Below are positions 9,969 through 20,628 of a stretch of DNA of 64,000 nucleotides, piece after piece. The notes beneath the pieces were generated by a model. That model worked only from the letters and a program-made list of their open reading frames with translations. It did not search any database and was not told where the DNA came from. Numbering within the stretch: position 1 is the first letter of the stretch; each line of letters starts with the position of its first letter. The position numbers and the translations under genes are program-made. Source of the DNA: Planctomycetota bacterium (GTDB lineage Bacteria; Planctomycetota; UBA1135; UBA2386); contig OZ245838.1 in assembly GCA_965228735.1 (NCBI GenBank), positions 4,800,001 through 4,864,000 on the forward strand, written 5' to 3'.

Positions 9969-11729
9969 ATGACCAAGCCCTCCCGTCGGTTTGCGCTGTC
10001 CCTCCTGACCGTTGGCCTCAGTGCCGCCGCCGCGTCCGCGCAGTGCGGCATCGTTGCCGACCTCACCCCCGGCAACGCCAACAACAACAACATCGGCTCG
10101 ATCGTCGCCGCGTTCGACGAGCAGATCTACTTCTCGTACTACCATGCCACTTACGGAAGTGAGCTGTGGCGCTGGGATCACGTCAACGGGGCGCAGATGG
10201 TCGTCGACTACGCGCCGGGGACGTACAACCACTCTCCTGAGCAGATCACGCCCTGCTGCACGGCGGCCGGGCCGAGGGTGTTCTACAGCGGATTCGAGAT
10301 CGGTCACGGTCACGAACTGTTCGTGACCGACGGAACGGCCGCCGGCACGGCGCGCGTGAAGGAGATCCGCTCGGGTTCGTCGAGCGCGCTTCCGAGCAAC
10401 ATGATCGCGGTCGGGCAGCGCTTGTTCTTCAGCGCCAGCGATGGAGTTCATGGTCGGGAGCCGTGGATCTCGGACGGCACTGCGGCCGGCACGATGTTGC
10501 TGGCCAACATCAGGACCGGGGGAAGCAGCAATCCGCAATACCCGTTCATCTTCGGCGACAAGGTGTTGTTCGTGGCTCAGGCGACCACCACCGGCCGCGA
10601 GCTCTACATCACCGACGGCACGCCGGCCGGCACGCAGTTGCTGAAAGACATCAACCCCGGGGCCGGGAGCTCGAGTCCGGTGCAGTTCACCCGGATGGGC
10701 AACCACGTCTACTTCGTCGCGGACGACGGCTCGATCGGCTCGGAGATCTGGAAGACGGATGGCACCCCGGCCGGAACCGTGCCGATGGGCGACCTGTTCC
10801 CGGGGAGCTCGCACGGTCCGTATGGCCTCTGTGCCTGCGACGACAAGCTGTTCTTCTTCGAGTGGCACGGTTCCAACTCCGGCCCGGTCTTCGTCAGCGA
10901 CGGCACGTTGGCTGGCACCGTCGACCTCAGTGCGGCCACCGGCGTGTTCGGCCGGAGTCTCACGCCCGCGAACGGGCGCGTGTTCTTCGCCGGCGATGAT
11001 CTGATCCATGGTCAGGAGCCGTGGGTCACCGATGGCACAGTTGCGGGCACGCAGCTCATCGCCGACCTGCGGGCCGGTTCTTCCAACCCATCGCAGTTGG
11101 TGCCCACGGGCAACGGCATCTGCTTCGTCGCGCGGACGACCTTGTCGGGTGAGATCTGGCACAGCGACGGCACCCTGGCGGGGACCAACCTGCTCTGCAA
11201 CCTGGATCCGTCGGGCAACGCCAACCCCATGTTCTTGACGATGTGCCGCGGGCAGGTGTTCATGAACGCGTACAGCACCGGCTACGGCCGCGAACTGCAC
11301 GCCATCACGACCCCGGGCGCCACGGTCGTCGAGTTGCCCGGCGCGTCGGGCCCGGGTCAGCCGAGATTGCGGACCCGCAACTGCGGTGCGCCCGTTCTCG
11401 GCTCCACGGTCGACCTCGAAGCCATCGGGCCGGCGGGCAGCCTGACGTTCTTGCTTGCCGACATCGCCGGTCTGCCGGCGCCGATCGCGCCGATCCCCGG
11501 GGTCGTCGAGGGCGGTTACGACTACGTCGGCCTGCAGGCCGGGACGGCGATTCCGATCTCGTCGGCGCTCGGCGCGACGCTGACATTGCCGTTCGCGCTG
11601 CCGAGTTCGACGACGTTCGAGGGCGTGATCTTCGACTTCCAGGCGATCTGGTTCGACCCGGCGGCAACCCCGGCGCTGCAGGCGTCCAACGGTCTGCGGC
11701 TCGTCCTCGGGCCGGCGTCGGCGCACTGA
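9969..11729 (+). CDS. Secreted ELWxxDGT-repeat beta-propeller protein
   Basis: Signal peptide ending ASAQ; repeated ELFVTDGT/EPWISDGT/EIWKTDGT; shared C-terminal domain. Confidence 0.9.
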   Translation: MTKPSRRFALSLLTVGLSAAAASAQCGIVADLTPGNANNNNIGSIVAAFDEQIYFSYYHATYGSELWRWDHVNGAQMVVDYAPGTYNHSPEQITPCCTAAGPRVFYSGFEIGHGHELFVTDGTAAGTARVKEIRSGSSSALPSNMIAVGQRLFFSASDGVHGREPWISDGTAAGTMLLANIRTGGSSNPQYPFIFGDKVLFVAQATTTGRELYITDGTPAGTQLLKDINPGAGSSSPVQFTRMGNHVYFVADDGSIGSEIWKTDGTPAGTVPMGDLFPGSSHGPYGLCACDDKLFFFEWHGSNSGPVFVSDGTLAGTVDLSAATGVFGRSLTPANGRVFFAGDDLIHGQEPWVTDGTVAGTQLIADLRAGSSNPSQLVPTGNGICFVARTTLSGEIWHSDGTLAGTNLLCNLDPSGNANPMFLTMCRGQVFMNAYSTGYGRELHAITTPGATVVELPGASGPGQPRLRTRNCGAPVLGSTVDLEAIGPAGSLTFLLADIAGLPAPIAPIPGVVEGGYDYVGLQAGTAIPISSALGATLTLPFALPSSTTFEGVIFDFQAIWFDPAATPALQASNGLRLVLGPASAH

Positions 11730-11829
11730 GTTCGGCTTTCGATCTCGGCACCGAACTCCCCGCTTCCCTCAACTGGGCGACGATCGGAGAGGCAGACCCA
11801 GGACGAGTTCGCAGAGAGCCGTGAACTCG

Positions 11830-13242
11830 TTACTTCTGCGTCTCGAAGGACCACTCGAGCCGAATGCGGTTCGTCTCACCTTCGGCTTTGCACTCGAACA
11901 CAGCCGTGAACCAGGTCGAGGTCGCGAGCATCTTGTCGGCGACGAAGAAGGCGCTGCGACCGTTGCTGGGCGCGAGCGTGCTGTGGATGGGTTTCTCGTG
12001 CGTGAACAATCGTCCAGCCACGGGCTCTCGGCCTCGCCGCTCCTCTTCGAACAACTGCATCGTGATGTCCGACAGCTTCAGGTCGCCGTAGTGAACCGAG
12101 ACGGCCAGCCCACGTTGGGTGTCGTAGAAGGTGGGGTCATCTTCGACTTCGGGCGCCTCGCGGCCGGTGAATGTCGCGGTGCCGCGAGACCCCGGCGCGG
12201 GAAAGACCACCGGATGCCCGTCGGCGGGAACGGTGAGGGGCTGACTCCAGATCACGGTGTAGCCCGGTGTCCCACCGGCTCCAGGGCGGGAGCCTGGCTT
12301 GATCCCGATACCGAACGGCCCGGATGGCCCGAGGTGCCCGTCTCGGTGCAGCATCGTGAACAGGAGCGACGTGACTGCACCGGTTGGATCGGCCGCGAAG
12401 TAGATCCCGCCGTTCCGCCCGGCCTCGGCCCCCTCCTGCGAGTAGGCCGCGAGTCCGGGGTCCTGGTTGTGCGTCTTCTTGACCGACGTGCGATACGAGT
12501 ACTCGTTCGCGAACAGATACTCAGCGTGCAGCTCGCACGCCCGGCATCTCGCTTCGTCGAGGACGAGAGGCGGCAGGGCGCCGAGTTGACGGCTGTAGGC
12601 GAGGAGGATCGCGGCTTTGCGCTGCTGGTCCGTGCTCCACTCCGGCCAGGGTTGCTCCTCGACCGTGAGCTTGGGTGTGCGGCCCGTGACGTCGACGTCG
12701 TACGCGCCGAAACCGTCCTCGAGGAGCAGGCGGCGGTCGTCGTCGACAGCTCGAAACGCGGAAGCGTGATGGCTCATGTAGTCGTTGGCGCCGAGAAAAC
12801 TGCCATCGAGGTCGGCATCGAAGAACTCGAACACCGTGCCCTTGATCTTGCCGCGCAGCAGCGCGGCCGAGCTGGCGTGCCACACATCGGACTTCGTGTA
12901 GAACAAGATCGGGAGCTGCTGGTCTGCGATCGTCAGTTCGAGAACCTTGGACTTGTTCGGCGACAGTCTCGTCGGCCCTCGCCGGTCGGCGACCTTGACG
13001 CTCAGCCGGCCGCGGTCATCGACTGTGCAGCGATCGGCGAGCAGCTCATGCAGCCGCGTGCTTGCTGCCGTCGCGCGGAACCCGATCGGAGGGGGCAACA
13101 CGGTCGTCTCGGCCGCAAGTGGAACGAGCTGCGGGTCCTCGAGCTCGGCGGGGCGCAGATTGCTCCGAGCCTGGGCAGTCGCCATAGCGGCAAGTAGGGG
13201 TAGCGCGACCAGTTCGACGAGAGCGTGCTGGGGTTTGAGCAT
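11830..13242 (-). CDS. Secreted protein with CAP/SCP-like domain
   Basis: Signal peptide; RQLGALPPLVLDE..ACELHAEYL...HNQDP...TMLHR pattern of CAP domains. Confidence 0.6.
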   Translation of the reverse strand: MLKPQHALVELVALPLLAAMATAQARSNLRPAELEDPQLVPLAAETTVLPPPIGFRATAASTRLHELLADRCTVDDRGRLSVKVADRRGPTRLSPNKSKVLELTIADQQLPILFYTKSDVWHASSAALLRGKIKGTVFEFFDADLDGSFLGANDYMSHHASAFRAVDDDRRLLLEDGFGAYDVDVTGRTPKLTVEEQPWPEWSTDQQRKAAILLAYSRQLGALPPLVLDEARCRACELHAEYLFANEYSYRTSVKKTHNQDPGLAAYSQEGAEAGRNGGIYFAADPTGAVTSLLFTMLHRDGHLGPSGPFGIGIKPGSRPGAGGTPGYTVIWSQPLTVPADGHPVVFPAPGSRGTATFTGREAPEVEDDPTFYDTQRGLAVSVHYGDLKLSDITMQLFEEERRGREPVAGRLFTHEKPIHSTLAPSNGRSAFFVADKMLATSTWFTAVFECKAEGETNRIRLEWSFETQK

Positions 13243-13320
13243 TCGGATACGCCTTGATTGCCCTTCTTCGCCGTGCCGCAGAGCGGGCCGATATCTCTTG
13301 GGTGCAGAGGCAGGCTTGCC

Positions 13321-14286
13321 CTACCGCCGTTTGACCCGCATGTGGTCGAACCACACGCCTTCGAACTCGTCGACCGTCAGGCCATAGACCTTCTTGATGA
13401 GGCGCTGGCTCGGGTCGGCGCCGCGCGCGTACCCGTGGCCCTCGGTTCGCGCCGCCGCGAGGAACTTCTCGAACTTGCCGGCCACCGGCGCCTTCTTGGT
13501 GTTGATCATGAAGTCGACGAGGTCGCCGGCGTGGTCGTAGTTGCGGTGCCCGTTGCCCTCCGGGTCACCGAGCAGACTGGGCAGCGCAAAGAACTTCTCG
13601 AGCGGATAGTAGTCCCCGCGCTTCACGTCGCTGCGGCAGCTGCCGAGGCGCTGGTTCGTCATCTTCTTCTCGAAGTAGACCGCCATCCCTTCCTGGAACC
13701 ACGATCCCACGCCGTTCACTTTCAGGCACGCCCCGACGATCTCGTGGGCCGCTTCGTGATAGACGACCGGGGCGCGTGGCGACGAGTAGTACGTCGCGTA
13801 GAACGTCGACATCGCGTGGCCGGCGGTGGCGCGGGCTCCTGCTTCGGTGTAGCCCGTGACGCCGACGCAGTAGCGGTAGTACTCTTCCTTGTTGTCGAAG
13901 ATGTAAGCGACGAGCAGATGCTTCGGGTCCTCGAACGGCAGTTCCTTTTGCATCGTCTCGTAGAGGTCTTCGAGCGTGACCGCGTACTTCTTGCAGCTGG
14001 CCGAAGGACCGTTCGTGAACACGATGTAGTGGTCACTGACCACGGCCTGCCAGTCGTCCAGCCACTTGTTCCGCCGGAGCTCGTTGTCGTCGCACTTCTT
14101 GTCCCAGCAGTGCGGCAGAATCGTGGACTTGACGGTCGCGAGAGCTTTCTCGACGGCCTCGTCCGAAGGCTTCGGTTCGAGCACAGGGTGTCGAATACCG
14201 CGTGCCGGACCCTGGGCATTTCCCCGGGTTTGTGCGGCGAGTAGCGCGACGGCAACGAGAGCCACGAGCGTCTTCCGGTTCCACAT
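13321..14286 (-). CDS. Secreted zincin-like protein (DUF1570/peptidase MA-like)
   Basis: Signal peptide MWNRKTLVALVAVALLAAQ; HEAAH followed by WFQEGMAVYFE. Confidence 0.8.
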   Translation of the reverse strand: MWNRKTLVALVAVALLAAQTRGNAQGPARGIRHPVLEPKPSDEAVEKALATVKSTILPHCWDKKCDDNELRRNKWLDDWQAVVSDHYIVFTNGPSASCKKYAVTLEDLYETMQKELPFEDPKHLLVAYIFDNKEEYYRYCVGVTGYTEAGARATAGHAMSTFYATYYSSPRAPVVYHEAAHEIVGACLKVNGVGSWFQEGMAVYFEKKMTNQRLGSCRSDVKRGDYYPLEKFFALPSLLGDPEGNGHRNYDHAGDLVDFMINTKKAPVAGKFEKFLAAARTEGHGYARGADPSQRLIKKVYGLTVDEFEGVWFDHMRVKRR

Positions 14287-14779
14287 CTCGGCATGATGCA
14301 GGACAGCGGAGTGCGAGTGTCCGAGGGGTGCGTTACCGGAGGTAACGACTTCGTCGCGCGGAGCAGTGGGGTCGCGCAACGTCAATTCAGGCGAGCGGTT
14401 GAGTGGCCGTCGGTCGAGGGTACCTGCGATGCGCGCAGGGGGTAGCCGTGACGACTGCGAACGTCCGGATTCGCGCCGGGGATGGAGCGTCACCGGGGTA
14501 ACTTGCGACTACGAGTCCGCAATAGCGGCGCTCCACGCTCCCGCCGCAGCTTCGCACTGGGCATGCACGAGATGACGATGGCCGGCCAGGTCGTTCCTCC
14601 GACCGGGGGGAGATCGCCGTTCGGCGACGGCGCATCGTTAGGGCGGACGGCAGATTGCAGTCGCTGAGCACGCCTACCTCGTCACGCTCCACGGGCAGTT
14701 TGGCGGCTCGGATCAACCATGGTCCGGATCGATCCGTGCCCGGCCCCGCTCGCGCACAGCGCGCGAGGCAGGGTTGGCG

Positions 14780-16591
14780 TCACATCTGCGAGAACTCCGC
14801 GCTGCCGGCGTTCGAGTAGCCGAGGAAGCGCATTCCTCGGAGCCGCACGGGTCGGCCGTTGGCGTGATCGACACCTAGGATCCGGTAGTACTCGCGGCGG
14901 TTCGGGCCGGTGTGGATCTCGTGCGGTTTCGGGATCCGAACGACGAGACCGTCGTAGCCGGCCTCCGGCGAATGGAGCACTTCTTCCTTCGTGTGCTCGC
15001 TGATGACCCGGATGTTGCGAAGCCGCTCGGCCGTCATGTTTCCGGCTGCCGGTTGCCACCCGCGCCCGAGGACATAGCCGAGCCGTTCGGTGGTCGCGGC
15101 CGCCGTGGAGGTGTCGGACTCGGTGTTGCCGCCGCTGGGTAGCTCGGAAACGATGACTCCGAGGATGATCGGGGTCTCCGACGTCGACGTTCCGGCAAAG
15201 AACTGGCCGGCCTCACTCGCCTCCCAGCCGGCCTTCTCGTAGCCGCCGCTGGCGCCGAACTCGAACGGTCCGATGCGAAGCCCGCTCGCCGCCTTGAACT
15301 TCTCCTTGAACGCGGTGAACGACTCTTGGCTCGTGCGGATCGTGAAAGTCGGCTTGTAGCCGACGACCATCCCGGTCTTCACCAGGCCGAAGAAGCCTTT
15401 CGGACCGAAGACGGCCTGTGTGCCGTCCCCACCCCGGGCGCTGTAGCCTTGGATGAACGGGCCATTGGCCATACTCCGAACGAAAGCGCCATCGTACCAA
15501 TCCGTGGCCCGAAGGGAGACGGTTTCGATCGCGTCGAACTCGATCGCGACCTCGAGTTCCTGGTCGCTCGCAAACTCGTCGATACGTTCCCAGGATGCAC
15601 CGGCCTTCACGCCCCAGAAGAACTTGTTGATCCCGGCCGAGCCCTTGGCCCAGGTGCGTGAGTAGTCGTATGACTGATCACGATTGGTGAAGCCCATGGT
15701 CGCGCCGGGCGGACCGTTGCCAGCTTTGATGTTCGTGACCCACTGGGTCGCGTCCTGACCGACCGAGTACGCCGGTACCTTGGGGAACGTCGACAACCCC
15801 TGGCCGTTCAGCTTGGAGTAGAACGCCTCGTTCTCGAACTGCGCGTTGGCCTCATCGAGCCCTGGCGTGTTGGCCTGGTCGACCAGCGCGTTGAAGTTGA
15901 CCTGGGCCTGGGCCATGTCCTTGTCCGCGGCGGTGATCTTCGTTTGCCAGCCCTTGCCCGGTGGCGTGCCCAGCCACTCGGTGAATGGCGGTTGATTGTC
16001 GACGACGTCGTCTGCGTAGGTCGACCGAGCCTGATTGTAGGCCGTCGTGTAGGCATTGGTGGCCATCGTGAGCTGGTCACGAGCGACGGCGATCTTGGCG
16101 AGCAGCCCAGGTGGTGCGTCGGCGGGAGAAATCACGTTGAGGAACTGTCGATAGGACCCCTGAAGCTGATCACCGCTCGACGAGTAGTCACCGACGGCGC
16201 TCCACTGCGGATTCACGGAGCAGAAGTCGTACATCGCGGCGTTCAGAAAGCCCGCCTGCTCGGTTGGCCAGTTCCACTGACTGAACGGATAGATGAGTTG
16301 GAACTTGTCCGGGCCGGCACCAACGCTGTTGGAGATGGCCTGGTAGAGCAGGCCCCATGGCTTCTGGTCGTAGTCCACGCCGGAGTCGGTGACTCGGTCA
16401 CCGGCGCGCGCAGCCCGGACGAGCGCGCGCTCGGCGAACTCATGGGTGAAGCGCGCGGGCTCCGTCGGTCTGGGGGCGCTCTCCTGAGCAGAGCCGGGCG
16501 CGAGGAGCACGGTGCTCGCGAGCGTTGCGGCGACGGCGCAGCGAGAGCGCCTGGCCGCGTGGATGGTGTCGATACGTCGTTTGGCGGTCAT
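14780..16591 (-). CDS. Secreted hypothetical protein
   Basis: 603-aa ORF with coding-like composition and signal peptide ending GSAQ. No family recognised. Confidence 0.8.
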   Translation of the reverse strand: MTAKRRIDTIHAARRSRCAVAATLASTVLLAPGSAQESAPRPTEPARFTHEFAERALVRAARAGDRVTDSGVDYDQKPWGLLYQAISNSVGAGPDKFQLIYPFSQWNWPTEQAGFLNAAMYDFCSVNPQWSAVGDYSSSGDQLQGSYRQFLNVISPADAPPGLLAKIAVARDQLTMATNAYTTAYNQARSTYADDVVDNQPPFTEWLGTPPGKGWQTKITAADKDMAQAQVNFNALVDQANTPGLDEANAQFENEAFYSKLNGQGLSTFPKVPAYSVGQDATQWVTNIKAGNGPPGATMGFTNRDQSYDYSRTWAKGSAGINKFFWGVKAGASWERIDEFASDQELEVAIEFDAIETVSLRATDWYDGAFVRSMANGPFIQGYSARGGDGTQAVFGPKGFFGLVKTGMVVGYKPTFTIRTSQESFTAFKEKFKAASGLRIGPFEFGASGGYEKAGWEASEAGQFFAGTSTSETPIILGVIVSELPSGGNTESDTSTAAATTERLGYVLGRGWQPAAGNMTAERLRNIRVISEHTKEEVLHSPEAGYDGLVVRIPKPHEIHTGPNRREYYRILGVDHANGRPVRLRGMRFLGYSNAGSAEFSQM

Positions 16592-16777
16592 GGTTTCGGG
16601 TTCGTTTCGGTTGATGGAACGACGTGTCGGGCTGACACGTCGGCGGGGCGCGTTGGGGCTGCCTCGCGTTCACAACCGTCCGTGAGCCGAGAATCGGTTT
16701 TGGTGCCGGCATTCCCCTTAAAACCGCCTACACTGACGCGGCTGCGTGGGAGCGCCCCGCGGAGAAGGAGACAAGCG

Positions 16778-17380
16778 ATGGCCACCGACAAGGCTCACCC
16801 CAGAGTTCTGCCCCCGCCAGGGGGACCGATCGAGATCCGGATCCCGCCGCCGGAGGTCGGGATCGAGCGGGTCGAAGTACCGACGACCGGCGTACTGGTC
16901 GTGAAGCTCGCGCCGGTCGCGACGATTCCGCCGCCGCTCGACAAGTCCCGAACGCGTTCGGGTCTCGCGGCGTTCAGCAACAGCAATTATCGGCTGCTGA
17001 ACGTGGGTTCGTCCCGCGTCGCGGTCACGGCGTGGGTCGCGGACGGATCCGTGTACTCGGATCATGCTTCGTCACAGGCGATCGGGCAGCTCGTCGACGC
17101 ATTGAACGAAGGCGATAGCCACGATCTGACGTTCAACCTGCAGGAGCTCGTCGGCGCCACTCAGGGCAACATCGTCCCGACGCTCGAAGCAGTGCGCGTA
17201 ACCGGCGAACTCGCGGTAGAATACCTGGGGTCAACCGAGAGTGGTGGCGTCGGCAGCGTCAGCTGGGGCTATCACATCGACATGGTTCGGCTCCAACAGC
17301 TGATCGGCGACGCCGACTCGGAAGGCGACGAGGGTGACCGGGGCGACGATACGGGCCAGGCCGCCGACGCGTCGGTCTAG
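16778..17380 (+). CDS. Hypothetical protein
   Basis: AAGGAG RBS before ATG; protein-like composition (MATDKAHPRVLPPP...). Confidence 0.65.
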   Translation: MATDKAHPRVLPPPGGPIEIRIPPPEVGIERVEVPTTGVLVVKLAPVATIPPPLDKSRTRSGLAAFSNSNYRLLNVGSSRVAVTAWVADGSVYSDHASSQAIGQLVDALNEGDSHDLTFNLQELVGATQGNIVPTLEAVRVTGELAVEYLGSTESGGVGSVSWGYHIDMVRLQQLIGDADSEGDEGDRGDDTGQAADASV

Positions 17381-19773
17381 TCCTCAAACAAGCGCTGTGC
17401 CCGATGCAGGACGGCTTCGAACTCTGCACGTCGCGGCAGACCGATGGCGAGTGCGTGACGCGCCAGCTCTGTCGCCCGCGCGGACCAATGCCGTCCGTCC
17501 GCGCTGTCGCCCAGGTGGTCAGCGACCTGAAGGGCGACTTCGCACGCGTATAGCAGCAGCCCCGCATGGCCGTGCCGTTCCTTGTCGGCCCATTCGTCCG
17601 ATTGCCAGTGGCCGATCGCCGTTCCGGTCTCGTGGAGACGTTCGAACGACTGGTCCGCGACTGCTCCCAACAGAGTCTCGTGGGCGATCGACAGCAGCAC
17701 CGGCCGGTCACACGAGGGCAGGTGTTCTGGCTCGAGCCGCACCAGCCAGTGCGATAAGGCCGCCGAGTGGTGATAGATCGCGGCCTGTTGCGTGAGCCAC
17801 CAGACGGATCGTGCGTCGTGCGAAGTGTCGTTCGGCAACGGGTCCTCGTTCGACGGCAGGGACATCGATCTCGCCAGGGTGACATGGAGTCGGAGCGCGT
17901 GCTGCTCCAAGGGGTCGGTGGACCGTGAGAGGAGTTCCTCGAACCGCGCGCGGGCCGCGGCGGGGTCGTTGGTTTCGAGCAACCAGAGCGCGAGCGTCGT
18001 TCGGGCCAGGCGGTTGTCCGCATCGCGCTCGATCGCGAAGTCGAGGCTCTCGCGAGCTTCTGCGAGCAAGACGCGGCGCCGTTCCGGGGGAATTGCGAGC
18101 TTTGCTACGCGTCGTGCGACGCGGACGCGGTGAACGAGCCGGTAGGCGCGTAGAGACAACTCGGTCAGCGTGAGTTCTCCCAGTGCGTGAGAATTGGATA
18201 CTCGTTCTTCCGCGGAGGCCAACTCCTCGGGATCGCCGGATTCGGCGGCGAGCAGGGCCGCAACCTCAGCGAGGCGAGGGTCTCCTGAAGCGGACTCGGG
18301 GAAGGAGCGCAATGTTGTTCGTGCAAACTCGGCGCCGTGTTGCATGAGGTCAACCCACGTTGCTTGAAGCGCGAAATCGGCGCCCCCGCAAGTACTGTGG
18401 ATTCGTCGCGCCATCACTGAAGTTCGCAGCGCGATCGGAGTGACCGAGCCGACGCGCAGTCCCGTCGTTCGCAGCAGTTGTTGCGTCAAGCGATGGCCGA
18501 TCGTGGCGTGGTGGTGCAACAGCACGTCGCGAAGTGGCGTGGCTATCGCGCCAATCTCCCAGGCTGATTCGAACCGGTCAAGCACGATTTCGAGCGACTG
18601 GCGCTCGCGAACGGCGGTGTCGAATGCGCGAACCCGCTGCTCGATATTCGTGCCTTCCAGCCAATCGTGCACGACCGCGGCGGTCGTCAACACGGCGACC
18701 GCTGCAACAGTGGTGCGCGTCAGCGTGGAGTGGTTCCGAAGCCAGCGTCGAGATCGCGTGAGGCGCGATTCGGCCGCATTGGGAAGCGGCGCGTCTCGGA
18801 TCGACGCCATGAGGTCGGCGTGGAGCTCGTCGGCATCTGCGTAGCGTTCGGCCGGCAGCTTGCGAAGGGCCTTCGCGAGCACGGACCCGAGCAGCGGCGG
18901 CAGCTGCCGGCGGACTCGGCGTGGCAACCCGAGCGGCACTTCCATGAACGCGACCGTTTCGAGCACGCGACTGCGCCCGAACCGCTCGGCGAATCGTTCG
19001 CCGGCCCAGAACTCGAGCATGGAGATCGCCAGCGAGTAGACGTCGCTTGCCGGGGTTACGGCTGCGAGTCCACCGAGCGTCTGTTCCGGGCTCATGTACG
19101 GCAGCGTGCCGGCCAGCTCTCGGACTTCCGACCGGCGTGCGCTGCTGACGGCGAGTCCGAAGTCGACGAGCCGTGCTTGCCCGGCGTCGTCGAGCACGAT
19201 GTTCGCCGGTTTGACATCGCGGTGCACGATGCCGGCCTCATGCACTTTCGAGAGTGCGCTTGCGATCTCCCCGAACCACCCGAGGACACGGCGCGGAGCG
19301 ACGGATTCATCATCCAGTAGCTTCGCTAGGCTCGGACCCGGCAGGAGCTCGAATGCGGCGAACGCGCGGTCCGCGACGCGACCGGCCTCGTGGACCCGAA
19401 CGAGGTTCGGGTGGTCCAGGATCCGCGCGATCTCCGCTTCTTGCATTAGTGAGCGGGCGCCCGGCTCGTCCTGCGGCCGCGAGACTTTGAGCGCGACCCA
19501 CTGGCCATCGCGCAGCGAACGCGCGGCATACACGGACGAGAAACCGCCGCGTGCGATGCGGCGGTCGAGCCGGTAGCCCTCGAGTTCGCGGCCGCTCTCG
19601 TCGTCATCGATCGGCGGCCGCTCCCAGAACTCCTGCAACAGCGATGGGTGGCGTTCGAGGAACCGAAGTGTCGGGCCGGAGTCGCTGCTCGTACCGACGT
19701 ACTGTCGGAACGACTCGGGTAGCAGGCCGTCGGCTTCGGCGTTCATCCGAGCAACGCCGTCAGTCGACGGCAT
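17377..19773 (-). CDS. Serine/threonine protein kinase with TM segment and TPR-like C-terminus
   Basis: IARGGFSSVY, VALK, HRDVKPAN, DFGLA, GTLPYMSPEQ, SDVYSL. Confidence 0.93.
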   Translation of the reverse strand: MPSTDGVARMNAEADGLLPESFRQYVGTSSDSGPTLRFLERHPSLLQEFWERPPIDDDESGRELEGYRLDRRIARGGFSSVYAARSLRDGQWVALKVSRPQDEPGARSLMQEAEIARILDHPNLVRVHEAGRVADRAFAAFELLPGPSLAKLLDDESVAPRRVLGWFGEIASALSKVHEAGIVHRDVKPANIVLDDAGQARLVDFGLAVSSARRSEVRELAGTLPYMSPEQTLGGLAAVTPASDVYSLAISMLEFWAGERFAERFGRSRVLETVAFMEVPLGLPRRVRRQLPPLLGSVLAKALRKLPAERYADADELHADLMASIRDAPLPNAAESRLTRSRRWLRNHSTLTRTTVAAVAVLTTAAVVHDWLEGTNIEQRVRAFDTAVRERQSLEIVLDRFESAWEIGAIATPLRDVLLHHHATIGHRLTQQLLRTTGLRVGSVTPIALRTSVMARRIHSTCGGADFALQATWVDLMQHGAEFARTTLRSFPESASGDPRLAEVAALLAAESGDPEELASAEERVSNSHALGELTLTELSLRAYRLVHRVRVARRVAKLAIPPERRRVLLAEARESLDFAIERDADNRLARTTLALWLLETNDPAAARARFEELLSRSTDPLEQHALRLHVTLARSMSLPSNEDPLPNDTSHDARSVWWLTQQAAIYHHSAALSHWLVRLEPEHLPSCDRPVLLSIAHETLLGAVADQSFERLHETGTAIGHWQSDEWADKERHGHAGLLLYACEVALQVADHLGDSADGRHWSARATELARHALAIGLPRRAEFEAVLHRAQRLFED

Positions 19774-20423
19774 TCGGACTCGACCTCGGCGGACGACAGC
19801 GATTCGTGCATCGCGATCGCCTCACGAAGACACTCGTGAAAACGCCTCCTGGCGCGGGCGTACTCGCGTTGGACACGAACGGGTTCCTCGTTCCAGTGTC
19901 GCGCGATCGTGCGGATCGGTAGCCCGTCACGGAAACGGAGGTTGAGTAGCTCCGCCATACGCGCGGTCTCGCAGGTGCTCTCATGCGCATCCTGGCCCAT
20001 CAGATCGAGGGCATCGCGAACCACGGTACGGGCCCACTCTCGCTCGAACCAGTCGAGCAGATTGTCCCCCTCGCCGGAGCGCTCGGGCACCGCCATGAGC
20101 TCCATCGATTCCTGAACAGGACTGCGGTCCCGCCGGGCTTCGTGCGCTCGCGCGACGTTGCGAATGACGCCGAACAGATACGAGCGGAATCGCGCGGGCT
20201 GCTTCCGTTGCATGCGGTCCAATACGCCATCGGCTCTGAAGCACTCGACGAACACTTCCTGGCACGCGTCCTCGAGCTGGCCTCTGCACGCTGACGCATG
20301 CCAGCGGCGGCTCAGCACCCCGCGAATCAGTCCTTCGTAGCGGGTTGCGAATCGACGCTGTTGGGAACGATCGCCGGCGGCTGCCCCAAGAATCATACGC
20401 CAGCTGGTTCGCTCGGACTCCAC
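19743..20423 (-). CDS. ECF sigma factor (kinase-associated type)
   Basis: GGAGGAG RBS before GTG; TSW N-terminus, EDACQEVF, RFRSYLFGVIRN, FEREWA, region-4 HTH. Overlaps the kinase gene. Confidence 0.85.
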   Translation of the reverse strand: MESERTSWRMILGAAAGDRSQQRRFATRYEGLIRGVLSRRWHASACRGQLEDACQEVFVECFRADGVLDRMQRKQPARFRSYLFGVIRNVARAHEARRDRSPVQESMELMAVPERSGEGDNLLDWFEREWARTVVRDALDLMGQDAHESTCETARMAELLNLRFRDGLPIRTIARHWNEEPVRVQREYARARRRFHECLREAIAMHESLSSAEVESECRRLTALLG

Positions 20424-20628
20424 GCCATCTCCTCCATACCGCGCAATCCTAGGAGAGGGTCGGAATCCGTCAACCTGCGGTGTGCTCCTGACCGAGTTCC
20501 GTTGCCGGGGCGAGCGAATCGACCGTGCGGTCGGCCTGTCCACTTAAGGCCCAATCGTACTCTCTCCGGACGCGTACAGCGTGGTTGCAGCGAGCCGGGA
20601 CCTCACACAGGCCGAGGAGCCAGCAGCG

